Shown here: positions 11,399 to 22,727 of the stretch, piece after piece
Position numbering within the stretch: position 1 is the first letter of the stretch
Layout: each line of letters begins with the position of its first letter
The notes under the pieces: model-generated
The model's database searches: none
What the model was told of the DNA's origin: nothing
Seen by the model: only the letters and a program-made list of their open reading frames with translations
Assembly: GCF_024653915.1 (NCBI RefSeq)
Contig: NZ_JANLGY010000017.1
Span: 51,088 to 115,087 of the forward strand
Direction: 5' to 3'
Source: Sulfuricaulis sp.
Lineage (GTDB): Bacteria; Pseudomonadota; Gammaproteobacteria; Acidiferrobacterales; Sulfurifustaceae
Length of the DNA: 64,000 nt
Program-made: the position numbers and the translations under genes

Positions 11399-11548
11399 AT
11401 GAGCCGTGGAGCAGGGGCCCCGCGCATTGTGCGGGGATGCGACCGGCGAGTTGGCGCAGGCCGCCGACAAGAATTTACGTCCGTGTTGTACAGTTTTTCG
11501 GAGGCGGCGAAGGTGTTCTGTATTGTGGGGAAAGATCGTGGGTATTGA
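11399..11548 (+). CDS. Possible 49-aa small ORF between nuoA and nuoB (below the ORF-track cutoff)
   Basis: ATG 4 nt after the nuoA stop; [49 protein letters not shown]; its stop lies 11 nt inside nuoB. Translation is unproven. Confidence 0.3.
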   Translation: MSRGAGAPRIVRGCDRRVGAGRRQEFTSVLYSFSEAAKVFCIVGKDRGY

Positions 11549-12014
11549 AGGCGTTCTGGAGAAAGGCTGGGTGACCACGAAGGCTGACACGCTTATTAAT
11601 GCCGCGCGCACGGGCTCGCTCTGGCCCATGACTTTCGGGTTGGCCTGCTGCGCGGTAGAAATGATGCACGCGGCGGCCGCGCGCTACGACATGGATCGGT
11701 TCGGCATCGTCTTCCGGCCCAGTCCGCGGCAGTCGGACGTCATGATCGTGGCCGGGACGCTGGTGAACAAGATGGCGCCGGCCCTGCGCAAAGTCTACGA
11801 CCAGATGGCCGAGCCGCGCTGGGTGATTTCCATGGGCTCCTGTGCCAACGGCGGTGGCTATTACCATTATTCCTATTCCGTGGTGCGCGGTTGCGACCGC
11901 ATCGTGCCGGTGGACGTTTACGTGCCGGGCTGCCCGCCGACGGCCGAGGCCCTGTTGTACGGCATCATTCAGCTGCAAAAAAAGATTCGCCGCACCAATA
12001 CCATCGCCCGCTAG
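11538..12014 (+). CDS. nuoB: NADH-quinone oxidoreductase subunit B
   Basis: GTG start ([14 protein letters not shown]) after GGGGAAAG; GLACCAVEM and [20 protein letters not shown] motifs. Confidence 0.97.
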   Translation: MGIEGVLEKGWVTTKADTLINAARTGSLWPMTFGLACCAVEMMHAAAARYDMDRFGIVFRPSPRQSDVMIVAGTLVNKMAPALRKVYDQMAEPRWVISMGSCANGGGYYHYSYSVVRGCDRIVPVDVYVPGCPPTAEALLYGIIQLQKKIRRTNTIAR

Positions 12015-12033
12015 CGCCCGAGGAATCCGGACC

Positions 12034-12639
12034 ATGACTGATTCAAATCAGGAGCTTGTCGCACACGCCCGGGAATTGCTGGGTGCGTCGATCACGGCTG
12101 TGCGTGAGTCGGTCGGCCAGCTGACGCTGGAAGTGCGGCGCGACGATGTTCTTTCAGTCTGTACCCGATTGCGCGACGATCCCGCGTTTGCCTTCGTTCA
12201 ACTGATGGATCTGTGTGGTGTGGATTATCTCGATTACGGGCGGGAATCACCGGCGGGTCCTAGATCGGGGCCGCGGTTTGCCGTGGCGTATCAGCTGTTG
12301 TCACTGAAGCATAACCGGCGCATTCGGCTGCATGCCTGGCTGGACGATGAAATGCCGCAGATTGCTTCCGTGACCGGCATCTGGAACTCGGCCAGCTGGT
12401 ACGAGCGCGAGGCCTTCGATCTTTTTGGCATCGTGTTCGAGGGGCATCCGGACCTGCGACGCATCCTCACCGATTACGGATTCGTGGGCCATCCATTCCG
12501 CAAAGACTTTCCGCTCATCGGTCAGGTCGAGATGCGTTACGACCCTGAAAAACAGCGCGTTGTGTACCAGCCGGTGTCGATCGAGCCACGCGTGCTGGTG
12601 CCACGCGTGATCCGTGAAGAAGGTTTTGCCAAGGGTTAA
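12034..12639 (+). CDS. nuoC: NADH-quinone oxidoreductase subunit C
   Basis: [40 protein letters not shown]; ATG after AGGA. Confidence 0.97.
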   Translation: MTDSNQELVAHARELLGASITAVRESVGQLTLEVRRDDVLSVCTRLRDDPAFAFVQLMDLCGVDYLDYGRESPAGPRSGPRFAVAYQLLSLKHNRRIRLHAWLDDEMPQIASVTGIWNSASWYEREAFDLFGIVFEGHPDLRRILTDYGFVGHPFRKDFPLIGQVEMRYDPEKQRVVYQPVSIEPRVLVPRVIREEGFAKG

Positions 12640-12644
12640 TGATC

Positions 12645-13898
12645 GTGGCTGAGATCAGAAATTACACGATGAATTTTGGGCCGCAACACCCGGCGGCGCA
12701 CGGCGTGTTGCGCCTGGTGCTCGAACTCGACGGCGAGGTTATCCAGCGTGCCGACCCGCATATCGGCCTGTTGCATCGTGCCACTGAGAAACTGGCCGAG
12801 TCCAAGCCCTACAACCAGTCCATCGGTTACATGGACCGCCTCGATTACATCTCGATGATGTGCAGCGAACATGCCTACGTGCTGGCCATCGAGAAGTTGC
12901 TTGGTATCGAGCCACCGCTGCGCGCGCAATACGTCCGTGTGTTGTTCGACGAGATCACGCGCATCCTCAATCACCTGTTTTGGCTCGGCGCGCACGCGCT
13001 TGACGTCGGCGCCATGACCGTGTTCCTTTACTGTTTCCGCGAGCGCGAGGACCTGTTTGATTGCTACGAGGCGGTATCGGGGGCGCGCATGCACGCCACC
13101 TATTACCGGCCGGGTGGCGTTTACCGCGATCTGCCCGACAGCATGCCGCAGTACCTGCCGTCCAAATTGCGCGACGCCGATGACCTGACGCGGTTGAATG
13201 CCAACCGCCAGGGCTCGTTGCTCGATTTCATCTGGGATTTCACGGAGCGGTTCCCGAAACATATCGACGAATACGAAACCCTGCTGACCGACAACCGCAT
13301 CTGGAAACAGCGTACCGTGGGCATCGGCGTGGTATCGCCGGAGCGCGCGGTGCAACTTGGCTTCAGCGGCCCCATGCTGCGCGGCTCGGGCGTTGAGTGG
13401 GACCTGCGCAAGAAACAGCCTTACGAAGTTTATGACCGCATGGATTTTGACATTCCCGTGGGGGTCAACGGTGACTGCTACGACCGCTACCTGGTACGGG
13501 TCGAGGAGATGCGCCAGTCCAACCGCATCGTGCGCCAGTGCGTCGAATGGCTGCGGAACAATCCCGGGCCGGTAATGATTGGTGATCGGAAGATCGCCCC
13601 TCCGAAACGTGAAGACATGAAGGACGACATGGAATCGCTCATTCACCACTTCAAGCTTTTCACGGAAGGCTACTGTGTTCCGGAAGGCGAGGCCTATGCA
13701 ACGGTCGAGCACCCCAAAGGCGAATTCGGCGTGTTCATGATCTCGGACGGCGCGAACAAACCTTACCGGGTAAAAATTCGCTCCGCCGGTTTCGCCCATC
13801 TGGCGGCGCTCGACGAGATGACCCGCGGCCACATGATCGCTGACGTGGTGGCGATCATCGGCACGCTTGACATCGTTTTCGGGGAGATCGACCGATGA
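12645..13898 (+). CDS. nuoD: NADH-quinone oxidoreductase subunit D
   Basis: [15 protein letters not shown] at the start and DIVFGEIDR at the end; start is GTG 12645 or ATG 12639. Confidence 0.98.
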   Translation: MAEIRNYTMNFGPQHPAAHGVLRLVLELDGEVIQRADPHIGLLHRATEKLAESKPYNQSIGYMDRLDYISMMCSEHAYVLAIEKLLGIEPPLRAQYVRVLFDEITRILNHLFWLGAHALDVGAMTVFLYCFREREDLFDCYEAVSGARMHATYYRPGGVYRDLPDSMPQYLPSKLRDADDLTRLNANRQGSLLDFIWDFTERFPKHIDEYETLLTDNRIWKQRTVGIGVVSPERAVQLGFSGPMLRGSGVEWDLRKKQPYEVYDRMDFDIPVGVNGDCYDRYLVRVEEMRQSNRIVRQCVEWLRNNPGPVMIGDRKIAPPKREDMKDDMESLIHHFKLFTEGYCVPEGEAYATVEHPKGEFGVFMISDGANKPYRVKIRSAGFAHLAALDEMTRGHMIADVVAIIGTLDIVFGEIDR

Positions 13899-14404
13899 AG
13901 CCGCAATCGAATACGGTCCCGAAGACCGGTCTGCTCTCCGAATCTTCGCGCGCCGAGATCGACCGCTGGATTACCAAGTACCCCCCGGACCGGAAGCAGG
14001 CGGCCGTGATGGCGGCGCTGAGTATTGCCCAGGAGCAGAACGGCGGCTGGCTGTCGGTTGAGCTGATCGAGGCGGTGGCGGAATACCTTGAAATACCACC
14101 CATTGCGGCGCACGAAGTGGCGACCTTTTATACCATGTACGATCTCAAGCCCGTGGGCCGCCACAAGGTTTGTGTCTGTACCAATATTTCTTGTCAGCTG
14201 AACGGTTCCAGCCGGATCATGAACCATATCCAGAAGCGGCTCGGCATCAAACCGGGTGAGACCACGACCGGTGGAAAGTTTACGCTCAAGGAAGTCGAAT
14301 GCCTGGCCGCCTGCGGTGGCGCTCCCATGATGATGATCGGTAAAAAATATTACGAGAATCTCACCCCCGAGAGAGTGGATGAGATTTTGGGCAAGCTGGA
14401 ATAA
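13895..14404 (+). CDS. nuoE: NADH-quinone oxidoreductase subunit E
   Basis: VCTNISC and [11 protein letters not shown] 2Fe-2S ligands. Confidence 0.97.
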   Translation: MKPQSNTVPKTGLLSESSRAEIDRWITKYPPDRKQAAVMAALSIAQEQNGGWLSVELIEAVAEYLEIPPIAAHEVATFYTMYDLKPVGRHKVCVCTNISCQLNGSSRIMNHIQKRLGIKPGETTTGGKFTLKEVECLAACGGAPMMMIGKKYYENLTPERVDEILGKLE

Positions 14405-14408
14405 CGCC

Positions 14409-15695
14409 GTGGCCAACGAACTCTGTTTCAAGAATCTCCATCTCAACCAACCGTGGCGGCTCTCGGTTTACAAGGACACCGGCGGGTACGATACTTGGAA
14501 AAAAATCCTGAAGGACAAGACGCCGCCGGAAAAAATCATCGATGAGCTAAAAAAATCCGCCTTGCGTGGACGGGGTGGTGCGGGATTCTCCACGGGCCTG
14601 AAATGGTCCTTCATGCCGAAGAACACGCCGGGCCAGAAGTATATTGTGTGCAATTCCGATGAGGGCGAGCCGGGCACATTTAAGGACCGCGATATCTTGC
14701 GCTTCAATCCGCATTCCCTGATCGAGGGCATGGCCATAGCCGGTTACGCCATCGGCGCCACCGTGGGTTACAACTACATCCGCGGCGAGTTTTGGGAGCC
14801 GTTCGAGCGCTGTGAAGCCGCGCTCCGCGAAGCCTATGACGCCGGCCTGCTCGGCAAAAATATCCTGGGCTCGGGCGTCGATTTCGATTTGCATAACCAC
14901 TTGGGTGCCGGCGCCTATATCTGTGGTGAGGAAACCGCGCTGCTCGAATCCCTTGAGGGCAAAAAGGGCCTGCCGCGCTTCAAGCCCCCGTTTCCGGCGA
15001 ATTATGGTTTGTTCGGGCGGCCGACCACCATTAATAATACCGAGACACTGGCATCCGTTCCGGACATTATAAGGAATGGTGCCGACTGGTTTCTCAAGAT
15101 CGGCAAGCCCAATAACGGCGGGCCAAAGCTTTTCTCCGTATCAGGCCATGTCAACAAACCCGGTAATTACGAAGTCCCGCTCGGGATGCCGTTCGCGAAG
15201 CTGCTGGAAATGGCTGGCGGCGTGCGCCAAGGCCGCCATCTCAAGGCAGTTATTCCCGGAGGTTCGTCGGCCAATGTGCTGCCGGCCGGGGTCATGATGG
15301 AAGTGACCATGGATTATGACGCGCTCGCCAAAGCCGGTTCCATGCTGGGCTCGGGCGGGGTAATTGTGATGGACGACACGACCTGCATGGTGCACGCGCT
15401 GGCGCGTATCGCCCATTTTTATTTTGAAGAATCCTGTGGCCAATGCACGCCGTGTCGCGAAGGCACCGGCTGGATGTCGCGCGTTATCCATCGCATTGAG
15501 CATGGAGAAGGCCGGCCCGAGGATCTCGACATGCTCACGGACGTGGCCTCCAACATCGAGGGGCGCACCATCTGCGCACTCGGTGATGCCGCGGCCTGGC
15601 CGGTAAAAAGTTTCATCAAACATTTCCGCAGCGAGTTCGAATATCACATCGAGCATCGCCAGTGCATGCCGGGAACCTTGGGGAGCCGCGCATGA
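14409..15695 (+). CDS. nuoF: NADH-quinone oxidoreductase subunit F
   Basis: [29 protein letters not shown] and [12 protein letters not shown] motifs; GTG start inferred. Confidence 0.98.
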   Translation: MANELCFKNLHLNQPWRLSVYKDTGGYDTWKKILKDKTPPEKIIDELKKSALRGRGGAGFSTGLKWSFMPKNTPGQKYIVCNSDEGEPGTFKDRDILRFNPHSLIEGMAIAGYAIGATVGYNYIRGEFWEPFERCEAALREAYDAGLLGKNILGSGVDFDLHNHLGAGAYICGEETALLESLEGKKGLPRFKPPFPANYGLFGRPTTINNTETLASVPDIIRNGADWFLKIGKPNNGGPKLFSVSGHVNKPGNYEVPLGMPFAKLLEMAGGVRQGRHLKAVIPGGSSANVLPAGVMMEVTMDYDALAKAGSMLGSGGVIVMDDTTCMVHALARIAHFYFEESCGQCTPCREGTGWMSRVIHRIEHGEGRPEDLDMLTDVASNIEGRTICALGDAAAWPVKSFIKHFRSEFEYHIEHRQCMPGTLGSRA

Positions 15696-18112
15696 GCGTG
15701 AGCGCGGATAAAATGAAACTCCCGGTTGCGCCCGACACGGTCACGATCGAAGTCGATGGCCGCAAGTTGCAGGCACGCAAGGGCGAGATGTTGATCAAAG
15801 TAACCGATGCCGCTGGCATATACATTCCGCGATTCTGCTACCACCACAAGTTGTCGATTGCGGCCAACTGCCGCATGTGTCTGGTGGACGTGGAAAAAGC
15901 GCCCAAACCGCTGCCGGCCTGCGCCACGCCGGTGATGGATGGCATGGTGGTGAGCACCCGCTCCGAGCGGGCGCGCACGGCGCAGAAAGGCACCATGGAA
16001 TTTCTGCTGATCAATCACCCGCTCGATTGCCCAATCTGCGATCAGGGCGGCGAATGCGAATTGCAGGACTTGGCCGTGGGTTACGGCAAGAGTGCTTCGC
16101 GCTATGCCGAGGTTAAGCGCATTGTGAAGGATCGGGACATCGGACCGTTGATCTCGACCGAGATGACCCGCTGCATTCACTGCACCCGCTGTGTGCGCTT
16201 CGGCCAGGAGATCGCCGGCGTGATGGAGTTCGGTGGCTTGGGGCGCGGCGAGCACATGGAGATACGCACCTTCCTTAATCGCAGCGTGGATTCCGAACTG
16301 TCCGGTAACGTTATCGACCTCTGTCCCGTGGGGGCGCTGACCTCCAAGCCCTTCCGTTTCACCGCGCGCACCTGGGAACTGGCGGATCATGCTTCGATCA
16401 GCCCGCACGATTGCGTCGGCGCGAATATTATCGTGCAGACCTTGCACGGACGTGTGAAACGCGTGTTGCCACGTGAAAACGAGGCCGTCAACGAAGTCTG
16501 GTTGGCTGACCGCGATCGTTTCAGTTACGAAGCCTTGAACGGCGAGGACCGCCTGCGGGTTCCGATGATCCGGCGCGGCACCGAGTGGGAGGAAACCGAC
16601 TGGCCCACGGCCCTGGAATACACCGTGGCAGGCCTCAGAAAAGTGCTGGAAACGCATGGCCCTGAAGGCCTCGGAGCGCTGGCGGCACCCATCTCCACGT
16701 CGGAGGAATTTTATCTGTTGCAGAAACTCATGCGCGCCCTCGGCAGCGGCAACGTGGACCATCGCCTGCGTCAGATGGATTTCAGCGATGATGCCATGGC
16801 ACCACCGTTCCCATCGCTTGGGCGACCGATCGCCGAGCTCGGCAATCTTGATGTGGCGCTGCTGGTCGGATCCAATCCGCGCAAGGATCAGCCCCTGATC
16901 AACCTGCGCTTGCGCAAGGCCGTGCTCAAGGGCGCGAAAATTTTTGCCATCAATCCGCTTAATTATGACTTCAACTATAAGCTCGCGGGCAATGTAGTCT
17001 GCACGCCAGCCAATATGCTGCGTTCGCTTGCAGGTGTCGTGAGCGCCCTGGCAGCATTGAAGAAGTGTGCGCTACCCGCCACATTTACCTCTCACTTCGG
17101 GAATATCAGGCCGGAAGCGCCGGAACAGTCTATGGCCCAGGCGCTGCATCAGGGTGAACGGGTTTCCGTTCTGTTAGGAACATTTGCGCTCAGCCATCCG
17201 CAGGCGGCAGCGTTGCGCGCACTGGCGCAGCTCATCGCTGAATTGTCCGGCGCGAAGTTTGGCCAGCTCCCGGAGGCCAATGCTACAGGTGCATGGGTGG
17301 CCGGGTGCGTGCCTCATCGTGGACCGGCCGGCAAGGACGCAACGAAGGGGCGGCATGCATTGGACATGTTGCACAAGCCACTCAATGCCTATCTGCTGTT
17401 TGGCACCGAGCCTGAGTTCGACTGCCTGGACGGGTCGGCGGCGACTGCTCTGTGCACGGCTGAATTCGTTGTCATGATGACGAGCTTCAAACCATCGCCG
17501 TATCGCACGCGCGCGGTGGAGTATGCGGATGTGTGGCTGCCACTGGCGCCTTTTACCGAAACCGACGGCAGCTTTATCAGCGCTGAAGGCCGATGGCAGC
17601 CGTTCACCGCGGCGGCCACCTTATTGGGGGAATCGCGTCCCGGATGGAAGATTCTGCGCATGCTTGGGAATCTCATGGGGTTGCCGGGTTTTGAGCAGAA
17701 TTCGATTGAAGAGGTTCGCAAGGAAATGAATCTGCCGGCAATCCCGGTGGCACCGCCCATTACTTTTCCTTCGCTGCATGATGACACCGCCATGATGCCC
17801 GCGAACGGTCAGCTGATGCGTATTGCCGAAGTCCCCATGTATGTTGTTGACGCCATCGTACGCCGCGCGCCGTCGTTGCAGAACACGGCCGACAACCCGC
17901 CGCCGTCCGCGCGTCTCAATACGGCGCAGGCCGGCAAGCATGGTTTCGAGCAGGGCCAGACCGTGCAGGTGATCATGGCGCAGGGTGTGGCGCGCCTCAA
18001 TCTGGTGCTGGATGAACGCGTGCCGGATGGATGCGTTCTTGTCCCCGCTGGATATGCCGAGACCTGCATGCTGGGCGCACACGGCCCGGCAACCATCAAG
18101 GTGGCGTCATGA
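15692..18112 (+). CDS. nuoG: NADH-quinone oxidoreductase subunit G
   Basis: [31 protein letters not shown] and [10 protein letters not shown] motifs; ATGA overlap with nuoF. Confidence 0.98.
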   Translation: MSVSADKMKLPVAPDTVTIEVDGRKLQARKGEMLIKVTDAAGIYIPRFCYHHKLSIAANCRMCLVDVEKAPKPLPACATPVMDGMVVSTRSERARTAQKGTMEFLLINHPLDCPICDQGGECELQDLAVGYGKSASRYAEVKRIVKDRDIGPLISTEMTRCIHCTRCVRFGQEIAGVMEFGGLGRGEHMEIRTFLNRSVDSELSGNVIDLCPVGALTSKPFRFTARTWELADHASISPHDCVGANIIVQTLHGRVKRVLPRENEAVNEVWLADRDRFSYEALNGEDRLRVPMIRRGTEWEETDWPTALEYTVAGLRKVLETHGPEGLGALAAPISTSEEFYLLQKLMRALGSGNVDHRLRQMDFSDDAMAPPFPSLGRPIAELGNLDVALLVGSNPRKDQPLINLRLRKAVLKGAKIFAINPLNYDFNYKLAGNVVCTPANMLRSLAGVVSALAALKKCALPATFTSHFGNIRPEAPEQSMAQALHQGERVSVLLGTFALSHPQAAALRALAQLIAELSGAKFGQLPEANATGAWVAGCVPHRGPAGKDATKGRHALDMLHKPLNAYLLFGTEPEFDCLDGSAATALCTAEFVVMMTSFKPSPYRTRAVEYADVWLPLAPFTETDGSFISAEGRWQPFTAAATLLGESRPGWKILRMLGNLMGLPGFEQNSIEEVRKEMNLPAIPVAPPITFPSLHDDTAMMPANGQLMRIAEVPMYVVDAIVRRAPSLQNTADNPPPSARLNTAQAGKHGFEQGQTVQVIMAQGVARLNLVLDERVPDGCVLVPAGYAETCMLGAHGPATIKVAS

Positions 18113-19185
18113 GCAAAATCATGCTCGACATCTGGAACTGGTTTCCGGATTGGTCGCAGGTGGGATTGCTCAACCTTGGCAAGATCCTCCTCATCGCCGT
18201 TCCACTGATACTGACGGTGGCGTATCTCACCTTGGCCGAACGCAAAATCATCGGCTACATGCAGGCGCGCATCGGACCCAACCGCGTGGGCCCCAAGGGT
18301 CTGCTGCAGCCGTTTGCCGATGTGGTCAAACTTTTTCTCAAGGAAGTGATAATTCCGAACAAGTCGAGCAGGTACCTGTTCCTGTTTGCGCCGATTCTCA
18401 CTTTTGCGCCGGCCTTGGCGGCGTGGGCGGTGATTCCGTTTACTGACAAAATGTGGCTGACAAACATTGATGCCGGCCTGTTGTACATTCTCGCACTCAC
18501 ATCCATGACGGTTTATGGAGTTATCATCGCCGGCTGGGCATCCAACTCGAAGTATGCCTTCCTCGGCAGCCTGCGCTCGGCGGCCCAAATCGTGGCCTAT
18601 GAAATCGCCATGGGTTTCGCGCTGGTGGGCGTGCTGATGGCGGCCGGCAGCCTGAACTTGCGCGAGATCGTGCTGGCTCAGAGCGGAGGCCCGCATCAAT
18701 GGTACCTGCTTCCGCTGTTCCCGTTGTTCCTGGTGTATCTCATCTCCGGCGTAGCCGAGACCAACCGTGCGCCGTTTGACGTAGCCGAAGGCGAGTCCGA
18801 GATTGTGGCCGGCTTTCACGTAGAGTACTCCGGCACAGCGTTCGCCCTCTTTTTTCTGGCCGAGTATGCCAACATGATTCTGATCTCGGCACTATGCTCG
18901 ATCATGTTCCTGGGCGGCTGGCTGTCGCCGTTCGAAATTCTGCCCGCCAAGCTGCTGGCCGTACCGGTGATTGGCGCCGTGCTGGGCAATGGCATTCACT
19001 GGCTGCTGTTCAAGATCAGTTTCATTCTGTTTTGTTTCCTGTGGTTCCGTGCCACGTTTCCGCGCTATCGTTACGACCAGATCATGCGGCTGGGATGGAA
19101 GGTGTTTATTCCGGTGACGCTGGTCTGGATCGCCGTGATGGGATGCGTCATGTTTCTCACGCCTTGGGGGTTTATTTTCCACTGA
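18109..19185 (+). CDS. nuoH: NADH-quinone oxidoreductase subunit H
   Basis: [34 protein letters not shown] and PRYRYDQIM motifs. Confidence 0.98.
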   Translation: MSKIMLDIWNWFPDWSQVGLLNLGKILLIAVPLILTVAYLTLAERKIIGYMQARIGPNRVGPKGLLQPFADVVKLFLKEVIIPNKSSRYLFLFAPILTFAPALAAWAVIPFTDKMWLTNIDAGLLYILALTSMTVYGVIIAGWASNSKYAFLGSLRSAAQIVAYEIAMGFALVGVLMAAGSLNLREIVLAQSGGPHQWYLLPLFPLFLVYLISGVAETNRAPFDVAEGESEIVAGFHVEYSGTAFALFFLAEYANMILISALCSIMFLGGWLSPFEILPAKLLAVPVIGAVLGNGIHWLLFKISFILFCFLWFRATFPRYRYDQIMRLGWKVFIPVTLVWIAVMGCVMFLTPWGFIFH

Positions 19186-19203
19186 GTGGAAGAGGGGACA
19201 ACC

Positions 19204-19695
19204 ATGCTCAAGACGGTCAAACGTTATCTGAATACATTCCTGCTCTATGAGCTGCTGAAGGGCCTGATGGTGACCGGGCGTCATCTGTTCATGCGCAAGT
19301 TTACGGTGCAGTACCCGGAGGAGAAGACGCCGATCAGTCCGCGATTCCGCGGCCTGCACGCGCTGCGTCGCTACCCCAACGGCGAGGAGCGCTGCATTGC
19401 CTGCAAGCTGTGTGAAGCGGTCTGTCCCGCGGCGGCCATCACGATCGAATCGGAAGTGCGCGCCGATGGCACGCGCCGCACCACGCGTTACGATATCGAT
19501 CTCTTCAAGTGTATCTACTGCGGTTTCTGCGAGGAGTCCTGTCCCGTCGATTCCATCGTCGAAACCAGGATTTTCGAGTTTCATTTCGAAAATCGCGGCG
19601 AGCATGTGATCCACAAGGAAGAATTGCTCGCGATCGGCGACAAGTACGAAAAACAGCTCGCGGAAGACCGCGCGACCGACGCGAAATATAGATAA
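19204..19695 (+). CDS. nuoI: NADH-quinone oxidoreductase subunit I
   Basis: [12 protein letters not shown] and [12 protein letters not shown] 4Fe-4S motifs. Confidence 0.98.
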   Translation: MLKTVKRYLNTFLLYELLKGLMVTGRHLFMRKFTVQYPEEKTPISPRFRGLHALRRYPNGEERCIACKLCEAVCPAAAITIESEVRADGTRRTTRYDIDLFKCIYCGFCEESCPVDSIVETRIFEFHFENRGEHVIHKEELLAIGDKYEKQLAEDRATDAKYR

Positions 19696-19702
19696 GAATG
19701 TG

Positions 19703-19796
19703 GAACCGCAGATAAACGCAGATGAACGCAGATCGAAGCAAAGAACCAATAGAGTTATTTTTTAATCTGCGTTTATCCGCGTTCATCTGCGGTTTC
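19703..19796. repeat. Inverted repeat with 10-nt-periodic arms (CGCAGATRAA x3)
   Basis: gaaccgcagataaacgcagatgaacgcagat (19703-19733) and atctgcgtttatccgcgttcatctgcggtttc (19765-19796), between nuoI and nuoJ. Confidence 0.92.
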
Positions 19797-19812
19797 AAAG
19801 ATAATAATTATT

Positions 19813-20418
19813 ATGGAATTTAAACAGCTCATTTTTTACTTCTTCAGTGTGGTGCTGGTGTTCGCCGCCGCCATGGTGATTACCGTGCGCAACCCGGTGA
19901 AGGCGGCGCTGTTTCTGGTGCTGGCGTTTGTGAGCGCCGCCGGCCTGTGGCTGCTGCTGCAGGCGGAATTCCTCGCCATCGTGCTGGTTTTGGTCTACGT
20001 CGGCGCGGTCATGGTGCTGTTCCTGTTCGTGGTCATGATGCTTGATATCAACCTCGTGCGCCTGCGCGAGGGCTTTGGCGAGTACCTGCCGATCGGGGGG
20101 CTGGTGGCGGTGCTGCTGGTACTTGAGATGGGCATTATTCTGAGCACTGATCAGTTTGGTTTAAAACAGATGCCCGATCCGGGCTCGCTGCCCGCGGATC
20201 ACAGCAACACGCGCGAACTCGGGCGACTGCTGTACACGGTTTACGCCTATCCGTTTGAAATCGCGGCGGGCATTCTGCTGGTGGCCATTGTTGCGGCCAT
20301 CGCGCTCACCTTGCGTCGCCGCAAGGACAGCAAATACCAGGATCCGTCGCGGCAGATTAATATCGACCCGCGCGAACGTGTGCGTATCGTTAAGATGTCG
20401 TCAGAAAAGAAAAGCTGA
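19813..20418 (+). CDS. nuoJ: NADH-quinone oxidoreductase subunit J
   Basis: [26 protein letters not shown] and [13 protein letters not shown] motifs. Confidence 0.97.
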   Translation: MEFKQLIFYFFSVVLVFAAAMVITVRNPVKAALFLVLAFVSAAGLWLLLQAEFLAIVLVLVYVGAVMVLFLFVVMMLDINLVRLREGFGEYLPIGGLVAVLLVLEMGIILSTDQFGLKQMPDPGSLPADHSNTRELGRLLYTVYAYPFEIAAGILLVAIVAAIALTLRRRKDSKYQDPSRQINIDPRERVRIVKMSSEKKS

Positions 20419-20450
20419 GTGATGACTGTGCGAAAAAGGGAAGGGAAACG

Positions 20451-20756
20451 ATGATTCCGTTGTCGCATTATCTGATTCTCGGGGCTATCCTGTTTTCCCT
20501 GAGCGTCGTCGGTATTTTTCTCAATCGCAAGAATCTGGTCATTCTGCTCATGGCCATCGAGCTGATGCTGCTCGCCGTGAACCTGAACTTCATTGCGTTT
20601 TCACATTATCTCGGCGACATCTCCGGGCAGGTTTTTGTGTTTTTCATCCTGACTGTGGCGGCGGCCGAGTCGGCCATCGGGCTGGCCATCCTGGTGGCGG
20701 TGTTCCGTAACCGCCAGACCATCAATGTCGAAGACCTGAGCAGCCTGAAAGGATAG
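20451..20756 (+). CDS. nuoK: NADH-quinone oxidoreductase subunit K
   Basis: [14 protein letters not shown] and [13 protein letters not shown] motifs. Confidence 0.98.
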   Translation: MIPLSHYLILGAILFSLSVVGIFLNRKNLVILLMAIELMLLAVNLNFIAFSHYLGDISGQVFVFFILTVAAAESAIGLAILVAVFRNRQTINVEDLSSLKG

Positions 20757-22727
20757 ATGATGCAGAATTCCTTTCCTTTCGAGCTGATCTATCTCGCCAT
20801 TCCGCTGTCCTGCCTCGTGGGCGCGATGCTGGCCGGCCTGCTGGGCTGGAAGATCGGGCGTGTCGGTGCGCACAGCGTGGCGATTTTCGGTGTGGCCACG
20901 GCGTTCGTGCTGTCGGCTTTTGTGGTCCTGCCGGATGTGCTCGCAGGGAACAGTTTTAACGGGCCGGTTTATACCTGGGGCGTTTCTGGTGGCATCCCGC
21001 TGGAGATCGGATTCCTGATCGATCCCCTGACGGCGCTCATGATGGTGGTGGTGACCTTCGTTTCGCTCATGGTGCACATCTACACCATTGGCTATATGCA
21101 CGACGATCCCGGTTATCAGCGCTTCTTCAGTTACATCGCGCTTTTTACCTTTTCGATGCTGATGCTGGTGATGTCGAACAATTTTCTCCAGCTTTTCTTC
21201 GGCTGGGAGGCGGTGGGCCTGATGTCCTACCTGTTGATCGGTTTCTGGTACACGCGCGATTCGGCCACCTACGCCCAGCTCAAGGCTTTCCTTGTCAACC
21301 GCGTCGGCGATCTGGGTTTCCTGCTCGGTATCGCCGCGATCTACATGACCTTCGGCACGCTGGATTATGCTGCCGTGTTCGCGATCGCCCCGCAGATGGT
21401 TGCTAAGACTATCCAGGTGCTGCCGGGCGCTGAATGGAGCGTGATAACGCTCATTTGCATCCTGCTGTTCATTGGCGCGATGGGCAAGTCCGCGCAGGCC
21501 CCGCTGCACGTGTGGCTGCCCGACTCGATGGAGGGCCCGACGCCCATCTCGGCCCTGATCCATGCGGCCACCATGGTGACCGCCGGCGTGTTCATGGTGG
21601 CGCGCATGTCGCCGCTGTATGAGCTTTCGGAAACCGCGTTGTCAGTGGTGCTCGTCATCGGCGCGATCACGGCGCTGTTCATGGCCTTCGTTGGAATGGT
21701 GCAGAACGACATCAAACGCGTGGTGGCGTATTCGACGCTGTCCCAGCTTGGCTACATGATGGTCGCACTTGGGGCTTCGGCCTACAGCGTGGGCATCTTT
21801 CATCTGATGACGCATGCCTTCTTCAAGGCTTTGCTGTTCCTGGCCGCGGGCTCGGTGATTATCGCCCTGCATCACGAGCAGGACCTGCGCAAAATGGGCG
21901 GCCTCAAGCGGCGCATGCCGATTACTTTTATCACCACCTGGATCGGGTCGCTCGCGCTGGCGGGGATTCCGCCGTTCGCGGGTTTCTTCTCCAAGGACAT
22001 GATCATCGAGGCGGCGCATCACTCGCAATTGCCTGGCAGCGGCTTTGCCTATTTTGCCGTACTGACGGGCGTGTTCGTCACCGCTTTTTATACCTTCCGC
22101 ATGCTGTTCCTGGTGTATTACGGCAAGCCGCGCATGGATGAGCATACGCTCAAGCATGTGGAGGAATCGCCCTGGGTAGTGACGATACCTCTTATACTGC
22201 TCGCCATTCCCTCGCTTGTGACGGGTTTCATGTTCCTCGATCCGCTGGTGTTTGGCAGTTTCTTCGGCGAATCCATTAAAGTCCTGCCGGCGCATGACGT
22301 GGTTCAGCAGATCGCGGGGCAGTATGCCGGGCTCGGCCCCTTCATCGCCCATGGCCTGCAATCCGCACCGTTCCTGCTCGCGGTGGGGGGAATTGTTACG
22401 GCCTGGTTCATGTACGTCCGCCTGCCGCACCTTCCGAGCCGCGTGCGCGAAAAGGCCGGCGTGATCTACACACTCCTGCTGCGCAAATATTTCGTGGATG
22501 AGTTCAATGAATTCGTATTTGCTGGCGGCGCGCGCGCCATTGGGCGCTTGTTCTGGAAAATCGGTGACGTGAAGCTTATCGATGGCCTGGCGGTGAACGG
22601 CACGGCGCGCATGATTGGCTGGGTGTCCTCGGTCATCCGCCATATCCAGTCCGGCTACGTGTATCACTACGCATTCGCCATGATCCTGGGACTGTTCCTG
22701 TTGATCACTTTTTTCCTGCACAAATAA
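20757..22727 (+). CDS. nuoL: NADH-quinone oxidoreductase subunit L
   Basis: GWEAVGLMSYLLIGFW, KSAQAPLHVWLPDSMEGPTPISALIHAATMV and HAFFKALLFL motifs. Confidence 0.98.
   Translation: MMQNSFPFELIYLAIPLSCLVGAMLAGLLGWKIGRVGAHSVAIFGVATAFVLSAFVVLPDVLAGNSFNGPVYTWGVSGGIPLEIGFLIDPLTALMMVVVTFVSLMVHIYTIGYMHDDPGYQRFFSYIALFTFSMLMLVMSNNFLQLFFGWEAVGLMSYLLIGFWYTRDSATYAQLKAFLVNRVGDLGFLLGIAAIYMTFGTLDYAAVFAIAPQMVAKTIQVLPGAEWSVITLICILLFIGAMGKSAQAPLHVWLPDSMEGPTPISALIHAATMVTAGVFMVARMSPLYELSETALSVVLVIGAITALFMAFVGMVQNDIKRVVAYSTLSQLGYMMVALGASAYSVGIFHLMTHAFFKALLFLAAGSVIIALHHEQDLRKMGGLKRRMPITFITTWIGSLALAGIPPFAGFFSKDMIIEAAHHSQLPGSGFAYFAVLTGVFVTAFYTFRMLFLVYYGKPRMDEHTLKHVEESPWVVTIPLILLAIPSLVTGFMFLDPLVFGSFFGESIKVLPAHDVVQQIAGQYAGLGPFIAHGLQSAPFLLAVGGIVTAWFMYVRLPHLPSRVREKAGVIYTLLLRKYFVDEFNEFVFAGGARAIGRLFWKIGDVKLIDGLAVNGTARMIGWVSSVIRHIQSGYVYHYAFAMILGLFLLITFFLHK

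Noticed and set aside
11406-11537. 44-aa N-terminal extension of NuoB from the ORF track
   Set aside because: Homology begins at GTG 11538 (MGIEG), which has its own purine-rich RBS.
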